Source: a virus
Lineage: Duplodnaviria > Caudoviricetes
Virus record (IMG/VR): IMGVR_UViG_3300026121_000008
Coordinates: 32,001-96,000 of that record
Strand: one strand, 5' to 3'
Length of the DNA stretch: 64,000 bases
Below, piece by piece: positions 29,093 to 37,819 of this stretch. Position numbers and translations under genes: made by a program. The notes beneath the pieces are model-generated. The model saw nothing but the letters and a program-made list of their open reading frames with translations. It ran no database searches and was not told the origin of the DNA. Numbering within the stretch: position 1 is the stretch's first letter; every line of letters starts with the position of its first letter.

Positions 29093-30352
29093 GTGGCCTT
29101 AAACCTCAAGCCCGTGCCGAACCTGCCCAACCTCACGGTGGTGAACCCGAAGTCTCTCAAGCGACCGTTAGCCAAGGCCACACAGGGCAAGGGACGCCCC
29201 TTCTCCGGGAACACGGAGGAAGTTCTCGCCGGGATCACCAAGGACAAGGGCGACAAGGTCGTGGTCCGGGGCAACGAGATCAAGCCCGTCCGACGTCTCC
29301 CGACCGGCATCTTCGAGTTCGACTTCTACACGGGCGGAGGGTTCCCCTGTGGCCGCTACAGCACGGTGTATGGTCCTGAAAGCTCGAATAAGACCAACCT
29401 GTGCCTGAAGGCTGTGGCCAGTGCCCAGCGGCAGAAGCCCCCCTGTAACAAAGCCGTGTGGGTCAACATCGAGCAGACCTTCGATCCGGCATGGGCCGAG
29501 AAGATGGGGGTGGACACCAAGGAACTGTTGGTAGTGCAGGCGGGCTACGGGGAAGAGGCCATCGACCTCGTGGATGCACTGGTCCGGGCGGAGGACGTCG
29601 CCATCCTCGTGGTGGATTCGCTGGCGGGCCTGATTGCCTCGAAGGAGATTTCCCAGTCGGTGGAGCAGTATGACATCGGCACGTCCGCCCTCCTCATCAA
29701 GCGCATGGTCAATAAGCTCTCCGTGGCCTTTGGCGACGAGATGAAGCGGGACCATGACCCGTGCGTCATCCTCATCAACCAGACCCGCTACAAGCCGGGG
29801 GTCATGTTCGGTGACCCCGAGACGATGCCGGGAGGCGAAGCCCATAAGTTCTTGTCGTCCCTTCGAGTCCGCCTGAGTTCCAAGAACATCATCGACAAGG
29901 CCCGGAACCTGCTGGTGTTCAAGGACACCCATGTGATCGTGAAGAAGGCCAAGGTGCCCGTCCGGGCGGTCAGCTTCGACTTCAAGCTGTGCATGTATAC
30001 CCACGACACCATGCAAGTCGGGGAGACGGACAGCTTCCACATGGTGAAGTCGCATCTGCAGGCATTGAATTTGCTAGGGAAGACCCCGAAGGGGACGTAT
30101 TCGATTACCTCGAAGAACAAGAAGACGAAACTGGAATTCGCCACGTTGACGCTCTTGCAGAACAAATACGAGCAGGACGCTGTCTTCCGGGCGCAACTCC
30201 AGAAGCTCGTGATCGAGGCGTATGGGGACCGTCTGATTCTGGTGGACGAGCCTACTGCTGTGCAGGCCAAGGACATTCAACCCGGTACCGCTGTGGAGGT
30301 GGATGATGGAACCGAAGACCCCGCCGACGACGATCCCGACCCCGCCCAGTAA
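29093..30352 (+). CDS. recA: RecA/UvsX-like recombinase
   Basis: LPTG...D...GGGFP.GR; YGPESSNKT; LVVDSLA; ILINQ.R; MFGDPETMPGG. Confidence 0.9.
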   Translation: MALNLKPVPNLPNLTVVNPKSLKRPLAKATQGKGRPFSGNTEEVLAGITKDKGDKVVVRGNEIKPVRRLPTGIFEFDFYTGGGFPCGRYSTVYGPESSNKTNLCLKAVASAQRQKPPCNKAVWVNIEQTFDPAWAEKMGVDTKELLVVQAGYGEEAIDLVDALVRAEDVAILVVDSLAGLIASKEISQSVEQYDIGTSALLIKRMVNKLSVAFGDEMKRDHDPCVILINQTRYKPGVMFGDPETMPGGEAHKFLSSLRVRLSSKNIIDKARNLLVFKDTHVIVKKAKVPVRAVSFDFKLCMYTHDTMQVGETDSFHMVKSHLQALNLLGKTPKGTYSITSKNKKTKLEFATLTLLQNKYEQDAVFRAQLQKLVIEAYGDRLILVDEPTAVQAKDIQPGTAVEVDDGTEDPADDDPDPAQ

Positions 30353-30450
30353 GACGGAGTCCGAGTCCAAGGCGTCCGAGAAGCCTCTACCGGGCAAGAG
30401 CAAGGCTCCAGACTCGGTGAGAGAACCCCCAGCCGGGAAGACGAGGGAGA

Positions 30451-30846
30451 ATGCGGCGAAAGAGAAAAAACGGCGAGAGTCCCAGCGGTAACCCGTATCT
30501 CACCCGGTTAGCCGCTGAAGGGCTGAACGCCCACGGGAAGAAATCTGAGCAGGTCGTGGCCACGAAGCTCGGAGCGAGATTGCACTTGAATTCCGGAGCG
30601 ATGGTCCAGAACAAATCGGACGCCAGCATGAAGAAGTACCGGTTGGAGGTGAAGTCCACGGTGACCTCGGTCCTCCCCCTCGATCTGGCGTGGCTGGTGA
30701 AGATTGCTCAGGAAGCCCTCGACCATGGGCAGACCCCCGCTGTGGTGGTATCGTTCGTGGACTCGCATGGGGAGTCCCGATTGAGACACTACGCAGATTG
30801 GGTGGTCGTGCCCATGGCGGTTTTCAAGGAATTGACCGAGACCTAA
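30451..30846 (+). CDS. PD-(D/E)XK nuclease (Holliday-junction-resolvase-like)
   Basis: GKKSE...SGAM...KSD....LEVKST; WLVKI..EA. Confidence 0.7.
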   Translation: MRRKRKNGESPSGNPYLTRLAAEGLNAHGKKSEQVVATKLGARLHLNSGAMVQNKSDASMKKYRLEVKSTVTSVLPLDLAWLVKIAQEALDHGQTPAVVVSFVDSHGESRLRHYADWVVVPMAVFKELTET

Positions 30847-31730
30847 TGTCGTGGCTCCGTAATGCTCTGCATCAATCGACGCGCCCGAAGCAGTCCATCA
30901 TCGGCGTGCTGAAGCTGAATCTGGGCGGTCCACAACAGGGCCGGTCCATGAAGGTGCTGCACGCTTCAGATGTCACCAAGTCGGATTTCTGCCCCCGGAA
31001 GTGGGCACTGTTCGATGTGCTGGAGAAGGACGCTCAGACGGAATTCATCTCAACCGCCCTCGACGTGACGTTCCGGATGGGGAACATGACCGAGACCCTC
31101 CTCGTGGAGGAGTGGGGCGGGGAGGCGGTGGTGGGGAACTGGCTGTGCCGCTACTGCGGAGAGCAGCGCACCATGGTGCCGCATCCCGCAGGCAAGTGTT
31201 CGGATGGCCGCTGGCACTGGTGGAAGTACCTGCAACTGGTCGTGGAGGCCCCGGAGTATGGCATCCAAGGTGGTATCGATGCGCTGTTCAACATTGGAGC
31301 CCCGCAACTGGTCGTCACCGAGATCAAGACGATGAACCCGGATGACTTCGACAAGATCCTGACCCCGCTCCCGGAGCATCGGCTCCGCACGAACCTGTAT
31401 ATGTGGATCTTGGACAAATCTTTGCATCCGTTCCGGGACAAGATCAACACGCAGGAAGCCAGAGTGCTCTATGTGAGCCGAGGGTATGGGAAGATGAACG
31501 CGACGTGGAACGAGATCCTCCCGTTCAAAGAGTTCACGGTCAAACGGAATGACCCGGACCTTGATGAGTTCCTGAAGCGGGCCACGTCGTTGCAAGTGTT
31601 CCGGGGAGCGCAGCAGACCATGCCGTCAGGCATCTGTGCCACAGCGGTGGACAAGATTGCCAAGCAGTGTAGCGTGTGCCCGCAGTGCTTTTCTGGAGAC
31701 TACCCAGCGGGGAAACAGGTCAGCGCATGA
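30846..31730 (+). CDS. Cas4-like/RecB-family exonuclease with probable Fe-S Cys ligands
   Basis: HASD...CPR; GGIDAL; EIKT; C-terminal C...C..C..C. Confidence 0.75.
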   Translation: MSWLRNALHQSTRPKQSIIGVLKLNLGGPQQGRSMKVLHASDVTKSDFCPRKWALFDVLEKDAQTEFISTALDVTFRMGNMTETLLVEEWGGEAVVGNWLCRYCGEQRTMVPHPAGKCSDGRWHWWKYLQLVVEAPEYGIQGGIDALFNIGAPQLVVTEIKTMNPDDFDKILTPLPEHRLRTNLYMWILDKSLHPFRDKINTQEARVLYVSRGYGKMNATWNEILPFKEFTVKRNDPDLDEFLKRATSLQVFRGAQQTMPSGICATAVDKIAKQCSVCPQCFSGDYPAGKQVSA

Positions 31731-32203
31731 TCACCGTGGGGATTGACCCCGCCTCGTGTACCGGGATGGCCCTCGTGGGAGAAGAGGAAGATCGGGGCAA
31801 GACCATCGAAGTCCCCAAGGAACGTGGGTTTTTGAGGTTGCAACTGATTGCCGAAGATGTGTCCCGGACGCTCCAAGTCTGGGAACCTGCGTTCGTGGCC
31901 GTCGAGGGCTATGCCTACGTCCGGAACGTCAGCAGCTTCGTGACGCTCGTGGAGATCGGGACCGTGATTCGCATGACCCTGAGAGACCTCCACCTCCCAT
32001 GGGTGGAAGTCCCTCCGACTGTGCTGAAGAAATGGGTTGCGGGGAAAGGGAATGCCACGAAGGAAGACATGGCGGCATGGGCGGAACTCTTGTGGGGCTT
32101 CAGCAGCCATAGCCACGATATCGTGGACGCATATTGCTTGGCGCAGATGGCCCAGCTAGGGTGGGATGAGGTTTTGGCGATCAAGGGTGTGACCGTAAGA
32201 TAA
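31727..32203 (+). CDS. ruvC: RuvC-like Holliday junction resolvase
   Basis: VGIDP...TG; VAVEGY; PTVLKKWVAGKGNATKEDM; DIVDAYCLA. Confidence 0.9.
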   Translation: MITVGIDPASCTGMALVGEEEDRGKTIEVPKERGFLRLQLIAEDVSRTLQVWEPAFVAVEGYAYVRNVSSFVTLVEIGTVIRMTLRDLHLPWVEVPPTVLKKWVAGKGNATKEDMAAWAELLWGFSSHSHDIVDAYCLAQMAQLGWDEVLAIKGVTVR

Positions 32204-32217
32204 TTTTTAATTAGGGG

Positions 32218-32246
32218 TTGACAAACACTCCCAAGACGAATAGACT
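32218..32246 (+). promoter_or_regulatory. sigma70-like promoter TTGACA-N17-TAGACT
   Basis: Consensus spacing; AT-rich UP-like element upstream. Confidence 0.8.
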
Positions 32247-32301
32247 ACGACCGGTTGTGAAAACTCGGGCTACTGTAGTCCAAGGAGTGGAAGGAGAGGA
32301 C

Positions 32302-32973
32302 ATGCAGATAGGAACTTTTCGGCGTCAGGTGATGAAGACCGTGGCCACCAAGAGCACGAAGCTCGCGTTGCGGGCGGTCTCGAAGAGCACAGCCCGAACC
32401 CATGCGGCCAGTGCGACCGTGGCTTTGAAGGGCCATACCGGCCAGTTGCTGCAGGCGACCAACCAGTATTTGCTGGGATTGCCCCAGTCACAGGCGATGA
32501 AGGACGAGGCGTCCCGTATTCTCGGAGACATCGGCTACGACCTCACGGTCCTCGCCCGTGTGCTCAAGGTCAAGATGCCCTCGGCCACCAAGAAGTCCCG
32601 GTTGCAGGGCACCCGTGGCGCGGCCATCCTCCAGTTGGACAGTCTGGCGACGGACCTGATCCGGCAGGTGGAGCAGGGCCTGTTCGTAGCCCCGCAGATG
32701 ACCACGGTGAAGAAGATGGTCCCGATGCCCCTCAAGGGCGGCAAGAAGGAAGAGCGGGACGTGGACGTGATCAACGTGACGGCGGAGGGCCTTGCTGAGG
32801 TGACCCGACAGGACCAGATGCGGGAGGCCCTCAAGCTGGCCATCGACGTGTTCTGGCGGCTCTGCTACGACCTGACGGGCACCGCTCCGGTGGGGGTGCT
32901 GGAGGCCAAGTACGACCGGCTCAAGCAGGAGTTTCCCGACGTCGAGTTCGAGAAAGATGCGGCGACCGCTTGA
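32302..32973 (+). CDS. Degenerate MazG-like (all-alpha NTP-PPase fold) protein
   Basis: GHTGQLLQATNQYL, RILGDIGYDLTVLARVL and VLEAKYDRLKQEFP parallel MazG GEAGE..D..KK, EELGD.LWY and N..KL..RYP. Confidence 0.5.
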   Translation: MQIGTFRRQVMKTVATKSTKLALRAVSKSTARTHAASATVALKGHTGQLLQATNQYLLGLPQSQAMKDEASRILGDIGYDLTVLARVLKVKMPSATKKSRLQGTRGAAILQLDSLATDLIRQVEQGLFVAPQMTTVKKMVPMPLKGGKKEERDVDVINVTAEGLAEVTRQDQMREALKLAIDVFWRLCYDLTGTAPVGVLEAKYDRLKQEFPDVEFEKDAATA

Positions 32974-32998
32974 CAAACAGATGCCCATGTGGCATCAT
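32970..32998 (+). promoter_or_regulatory. sigma70-like promoter TTGACA-N17-CATCAT
   Basis: Consensus -35 with 17-bp spacer. Confidence 0.6.
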
Positions 32999-33046
32999 GA
33001 GTCATTGACTGTGGTTCCCCAAGGAAGGGGATAGGGAGAATTTGAC

Positions 33047-33847
33047 ATGAGTGAAGCAGAAGCGGTGGTCGAAGAGGCCAAGCCGGAAGTCAGCACCATC
33101 GGGAAGAAGAAGGTCGAGAAGACGGGCAACCTCCTCCTCGATATCGCCCACGAGGTCGAGAGCCTGAGCAAGACCAAGGCCCTGAATCTCGCGGACACGT
33201 TGTCGGAGAACATCGATACCAACGAGTTCAAGCTCGGGGGCGTCCTGAAGCTCATCAACGACAACTCGTGGTTCGAGGGGTTCGACTCCTTCGAGAAGTT
33301 CGTCTACGAGAAGTACGGGTTCCAGAGCCGCAAGGCCCGCTACCTGATCTCGATTTACGACAACCTCGTCACCAAGATGATCCCGTGGGAGAAGGTCTCC
33401 CATCTGGGCTGGACCAAGCTCAAGGATCTCGCCCCGATCATCAACGTGGACAACGTCGATGAGTGGGTGGAGAAGGCCGAGAAGCTCACCGTCATCGAAC
33501 TGCAGGCTATCATCAAGCAGGCCGGGACCGAAGGTGGGGAGAAGCAGGCCAAGACGTCGGACGAGATCGTCAAGGTCACCTTCAAGCTGAAGGCGAGTCA
33601 GGCGGAGACCGTCCAGCAGGCTCTCGCCAAAGCGAAGGGTGAGCTTCAGACGGAGTTCGATACGGTCGCTCTGGAGAACGTGTGCTTGGGCTATCTGGGC
33701 GGCGTCTCCACCGTGAACAAGCCCTTCTCTCTGGACGAGGTCATCGAATCGGTGGGCTTCGAGCCGATGATGAAGGCTATCGCGGACAAATTTCCGAATT
33801 GGGATATTACCGTCGCCCCGGTCGAAGGGGCCGAAGGCGCGGAGTAG
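33047..33847 (+). CDS. Putative DNA-binding protein (likely highly expressed)
   Basis: FDSFEKFVYEKYGFQSRKARYLISIY...LGWTKL helical motif; strong C/G-ending codon bias. Confidence 0.55.
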   Translation: MSEAEAVVEEAKPEVSTIGKKKVEKTGNLLLDIAHEVESLSKTKALNLADTLSENIDTNEFKLGGVLKLINDNSWFEGFDSFEKFVYEKYGFQSRKARYLISIYDNLVTKMIPWEKVSHLGWTKLKDLAPIINVDNVDEWVEKAEKLTVIELQAIIKQAGTEGGEKQAKTSDEIVKVTFKLKASQAETVQQALAKAKGELQTEFDTVALENVCLGYLGGVSTVNKPFSLDEVIESVGFEPMMKAIADKFPNWDITVAPVEGAEGAE

Positions 33848-33980
33848 TCCCAACCACATTGCTGGGGAGCCGGGTCTGGGAACCGGCTCGACTCCCTCAG
33901 CACTCGTCTGGACACGCAGACGTAAATCCCAGTGGAGATGGGTGTAACCCCTGTCATGTTCGGAGTGGGAGTCGTTGGGG
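33848..33980 (+). ncRNA. Candidate structured RNA (unclassified)
   Basis: Nested stems CCCAAC/GTTGGG, GAGCCGG/CCGGCTC, GACTCC..CACTC/GAGTG-GGAGTC, CGTCTG/CAGACG, GGGT/ACCC filling an intergenic gap. Confidence 0.4.
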
Positions 33981-34040
33981 TATACTCAGCACCTCCCTTT
34001 TGCACTTGATTGCCGTTCCGTCCCATGGGAGATTTACCGT

Positions 34041-34793
34041 ATGAAAAAACTCGTAGTTGCCCTCCTCTTCACCCTCAGTTCGATGGTGGGAGTCAGTCAG
34101 GCGAACGCTCTCCTGATGATCTCCGGCACCATCGGGGGCGTGAATTTCTGCGCCACTGACAACAACGTCGCCTGCGGCTTCGGCATGCAGTTGACGGACA
34201 CCGCAGGTGCGGCCAACGTGATCAACCTCGACAACCAGACGCTGGGCGGGATTGCGTTCACGGGTAGTGCCCAGCAGGCCACGTTCGGGCCGTCGCAGAA
34301 CATCCTGAACACGTCGTTCCTGCAGGCCACGAACACGACCGGCGCGACCATCACGGGCAGTGTGGCCGTGAGCGCGACGAACTTCCTCCCGGTCGCCAGC
34401 ACGGCGTTCGTGAGTGGCTCGGCCACGTATCAGAATGCCATCGGGACCACCTCCACGTATGGGTGGTACAACGACCCGACGAACCAGCAGGGCGCGGAGA
34501 ACCCGGCTGATCGTCCGGGTACCCTGATCAGCACGGTGACGAAGAATGTCACGCTGATCTCGGATGCGTTGGCCCACGCGGTGGGTCCGATTGCGGTCAA
34601 CGACCCGACCCTGTTCTCGATGACGCTGAGCAACGACTTCAGCCTCGTCGCGGGCGGGACCATCGTGGGTAATTCCTCGACGGAGATCAAGCCGTTCGTC
34701 GCAGCGGCGAACGTCCCGGAACCCGCGACTCTGGTCCTCTTCGGATCAGGACTCGCGGCTCTGGCGGCTCGGCGTCGTCGTAACAAGCAGTAG
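34041..34793 (+). CDS. PEP-CTERM sorting-domain surface protein
   Basis: Signal peptide MKKLVVALLFTLSSMVGVSQANA; C-terminal VPEPATLVLFGSGLAALAARRRRNKQ (PEP, TM helix, basic tail). Confidence 0.92.
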   Translation: MKKLVVALLFTLSSMVGVSQANALLMISGTIGGVNFCATDNNVACGFGMQLTDTAGAANVINLDNQTLGGIAFTGSAQQATFGPSQNILNTSFLQATNTTGATITGSVAVSATNFLPVASTAFVSGSATYQNAIGTTSTYGWYNDPTNQQGAENPADRPGTLISTVTKNVTLISDALAHAVGPIAVNDPTLFSMTLSNDFSLVAGGTIVGNSSTEIKPFVAAANVPEPATLVLFGSGLAALAARRRRNKQ

Positions 34794-34816
34794 TTCGTCG
34801 TTCTCCCTAGCTAGGT

Positions 34817-34872
34817 GGTCCTCGTTCCCCATCCGTCATTCACCCGCCGGATGGGGAACGAGGACCTTTTTG
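34817..34872 (+). terminator. Intrinsic terminator with a 19-bp perfect stem
   Basis: GGTCCTCGTTCCCCATCCG-N12-CGGATGGGGAACGAGGACC followed by a T run. Confidence 0.85.
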
Positions 34873-34896
34873 ATTTTACCGGGAAGGTTGTGTAGT

Positions 34897-35139
34897 ATGT
34901 CGATGATTACCGTGGACTTGACCGAAGAAGAACGTCTCGCCTGTGATGAGGCGAAGCGTGTCCTGACCATCCAGACGGATGCCGATCTCGTGAGGCTGGG
35001 CTTGTTCAAGGTGTGCCACCATGCGGAGGTCCGGACGTCAGCCACCGCCTTTTCTCCCAGAAAGATTCAGGCTCCCGCTGGGGAACCCCAGCAGCTTGAA
35101 CTGGACTTCGGGGAGCCCCGTGACTACGCTGGTCAGTGA
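34897..35139 (+). CDS. Small hypothetical protein (possibly RHH-like)
   Basis: ITVDLTEEE...DADLVRLGL; TTGATT-N17-TAGTAT promoter at 34870 (the start may be ATG 34903). Confidence 0.45.
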   Translation: MSMITVDLTEEERLACDEAKRVLTIQTDADLVRLGLFKVCHHAEVRTSATAFSPRKIQAPAGEPQQLELDFGEPRDYAGQ

Positions 35140-35347
35140 TGCCCGTCTGAACGGCACCGTGGTGAAGCTGATGGCGGACAAGGGCTTCGGCTTCATCCAA
35201 GGGGACGACCTGAAGGAGTACTTCTTCCATCGGTCGTCTGTCCGGAAGGGCGGCTGGGCGATGATTAGCGTGAACCAGACCGTGTCGTTCATCCCCAGAC
35301 TCCCAGACAAAGGCCCCAGAGCGGAGGACGTCGAGGTGCTGGTGTGA
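35120..35347 (+). CDS. Cold-shock domain protein
   Basis: GTVVKL..DKGFGFI (RNP1); YFFHRS (RNP2); KGPRAEDV. Confidence 0.9.
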   Translation: MTTLVSDARLNGTVVKLMADKGFGFIQGDDLKEYFFHRSSVRKGGWAMISVNQTVSFIPRLPDKGPRAEDVEVLV

Positions 35348-35601
35348 TGACACTACGCCCAAAGTCCAATGGGCAGTCCGGGATGGCCTATGGTAGACTC
35401 CCCGGCCAGCCATGGTGTCTTGCCATACCTGCCGTCATTGGAAAAAGGATTGGGGCGTTTGGGCACACAATCGCTGGACCGGTACCCACCTCACACGAGG
35501 CTGGTGCCTTCACACCCCGCATGACCCTCCCCTTGCGATGCCCTCCGATGCCCTCCCCTGTCACCACTATCACGAAGCTCCGGCTCCCCCAGAGGTCTTC
35601 T

Positions 35602-35790
35602 ATGCCCCTCGACAAGCAGAGACGGGAGCTAGTCGAAGCGATGATGACGGCTCTCGAAACCCCTACCCAAGACCTCACGAAGTGGGAAGAGCACTTCTTA
35701 GAATCACTCGCTGAGCAGTTGGAGACGAAACATTTTGTTTCCGACCGGCAGTTCGAGATCCTCGACCGGATCTATACGCAGAAAACCTGA
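35602..35790 (+). CDS. Small hypothetical protein
   Basis: LTKWEEHFLESL..Q......SDRQ...L.RIY motif. Confidence 0.6.
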   Translation: MPLDKQRRELVEAMMTALETPTQDLTKWEEHFLESLAEQLETKHFVSDRQFEILDRIYTQKT

Positions 35791-35792
35791 CC

Positions 35793-36611
35793 ATGCCCAT
35801 CACCACCCACGAGCAGCAGCGCAGTGATCTCCTCCTGAAGAAACTCCAAGCTGGTGTGGCTACCCCCGAGGAACAGCAGGAAGCGTCGGTCCAGTTCCAA
35901 CGGCAGCAGTCTCAGATGGACCAGCTTCAACGGATCATCGAGATGACATACCAGTCACTGGCTCCGCTGATCCGTCCCGGACGTCGGTAAGGTGTCTCAT
36001 GCTTCGCTGGCTCGAAGACGGTCACCTCGCAGACAGAGAGCGGTGGATACAGAGACGACGCCTGACAGCGGGGGATCGGTTTAGCCAAGAGGCCCGGTCC
36101 AACGGCGGATTGACCCGCGCTAAGCGTCTCTCCCCTGAACGCCGAGAGCAGATCGCCCGTCTTGCCGCCTTGACCCGGTGGAGGCTCTACCAGTGATGGT
36201 CTTCGTGGTGATACTGGTGGTCGCCTCGCTGGTGATCGTCGGCGGGATTGCGGCTCTTATTTTGCTGGGGAGTGTCATCAAGGACCATGAGGAGAAAGAT
36301 CGGTGACGAGACCTGAGTTGTTGCGCGTGTTCGTTGGCTTCCTGTCGGCCAATCTCTCCGAGTTGCATACCGTCGAGATTCCTCTCCTCGCCCAACAGGT
36401 GGAGAAGTTCTTGCACCACTTCCCGCGTGAAGCGAAGGATGAGTTGGTGGAGCCGGTCCTGCGACTGAGGGAAGACCTCACAGCCAAAACGGCAGCACTC
36501 TATCGGGCGCATAGTGATTACACCGAAGGCAAAGCCGATGCGTTTGATCAGGTCGTGGATTGTTTGGATGCGATCCTTACGGAAGCGGGGCAGGCCCTCC
36601 CGAAAAGTTGA
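35793..36611 (+). other. Cluster of small hypothetical ORFs (35793-35990, 35999-36196, 36303-36611)
   Basis: Closely packed ORFs; 35999 has the basic GG..RAK.LSPERR..IAR.AA..RW motif. Confidence 0.5.
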
Positions 36612-36637
36612 CGAATATTACCCTCTCGTGGTAGAGT
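36608..36637 (+). promoter_or_regulatory. Promoter TTGACG-N18-TAGAGT for the terminase operon
   Basis: Immediately followed by the 14-bp palindrome at 36638. Confidence 0.6.
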
Positions 36638-36675
36638 TGCACTCAAGTGCCACGAGTCGGACAAGGAGCAGGTCC

Positions 36676-36819
36676 ATGGGCAAGAAAAGTCCTCTCAAGC
36701 CGACGACGCATGGTGTGAGTCAGACCCCCGGTGTGCAAAAACCGGACACCTTCAAGCCGAAGGACGACAAGGAACCGCATGTGATCGCGCCTGCGGAGAA
36801 GTCGATGCCCAAGAAGTAG
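36676..36819 (+). CDS. Small Lys/Pro-rich protein
   Basis: AAGGAG RBS; first ORF after the promoter. Confidence 0.5.
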   Translation: MGKKSPLKPTTHGVSQTPGVQKPDTFKPKDDKEPHVIAPAEKSMPKK

Positions 36820-36986
36820 AGTCACGATGATCGACTGGGTGTGGTTCACGAACCGATGGGGGGCGTCACGGCTCAGACCCGTGGTGGTCCCCCCACCTCC
36901 AGTGACAACCGTTCTGCGTCGATTGGCGGCGAAGAAGGCACAGAAGCAGGACCGGGCTCTCGCCCGATGGGCGAAGAAGAAGACCG

Positions 36987-37607
36987 ATGGCTCTTAGCTT
37001 CTTTGACCGCTTCCAAGCCCTTGGGGAAGTCAAGTTTCGGAAGCTCCTGAACCGCCTGATGCGCGGCCAGCCTCCGGCGGCTCTCGCCCATGAGATGCAG
37101 CAGAAGCCTCCACTGGGTTGGGGGGACTTCCAGAACGTCTCGGAGCGGCACCTCACCCTCCACCTGATTCGCCTCCGGAAGGGCATGGCTGAGGGTCTGT
37201 TCGGGGAAGAGATGGCCAAGAAGATCGCCCAAGGGGAGCGGCCCCAGATTAAGTATCTGGAGAAAATCTCCACAGGGTCACTGGGCCGTCTCGAAGAACT
37301 CTCCGACGTGCAGCGGGATCGCGTCTTCACGCTCATCGAGCAGGAGAAGGAGACGCTCACGGGCTACGCTACCACCAACGACGTGGTCGATGGCTATCGC
37401 AAGCTCCTCCTCGACATCCAGAAGATCCGGTTCGAGATGGGCCTCGATGAATACAAAGGCCCCGTCAGTGGCACGCTGGTGCGCGGAGCCAGTCAGACGA
37501 CCGCCTTCTCCGATGGCACCAGTGTGCAGAAGCAAGTCTACGAAGCCGTCTCGACCATCGAGAAGATTTTCGACGCTCGAAGAATCCCGCACGCCTCGAA
37601 TGACTGA
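36987..37607 (+). CDS. Putative terminase small subunit
   Basis: Helical ~200-aa protein shortly upstream of the large subunit (positional inference). Confidence 0.45.
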   Translation: MALSFFDRFQALGEVKFRKLLNRLMRGQPPAALAHEMQQKPPLGWGDFQNVSERHLTLHLIRLRKGMAEGLFGEEMAKKIAQGERPQIKYLEKISTGSLGRLEELSDVQRDRVFTLIEQEKETLTGYATTNDVVDGYRKLLLDIQKIRFEMGLDEYKGPVSGTLVRGASQTTAFSDGTSVQKQVYEAVSTIEKIFDARRIPHASND

Positions 37608-37819
37608 TGCTGATTTTCAGGAGGACGGAAGTCCACGAAGAGATTACCCTGCAGTGTCCGCACTGTGAGTACCCATGGCATGCCGCGACGAATGTCGTGG
37701 GCGCGTGGTGGGTGGTGCCCGTGCAAGTGATTGCCATGCAGTGCTACTGTCCCCGGTGTGACGGCCCTCCGCCCATGGATGTGCGGAACGTGACCCATGC
37801 TCATTATCAAGTCCGGTAA
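37607..37819 (+). CDS. Small Zn-ribbon protein
   Basis: CPHC...CYCPRC. Confidence 0.5.
   Translation: MLIFRRTEVHEEITLQCPHCEYPWHAATNVVGAWWVVPVQVIAMQCYCPRCDGPPPMDVRNVTHAHYQVR

Noticed and set aside
30846-31730. Cas4-like gene as evidence of CRISPR-Cas
   Set aside because: No cas1/cas2 and no array; stand-alone Cas4-like nucleases are routine in phage recombination modules
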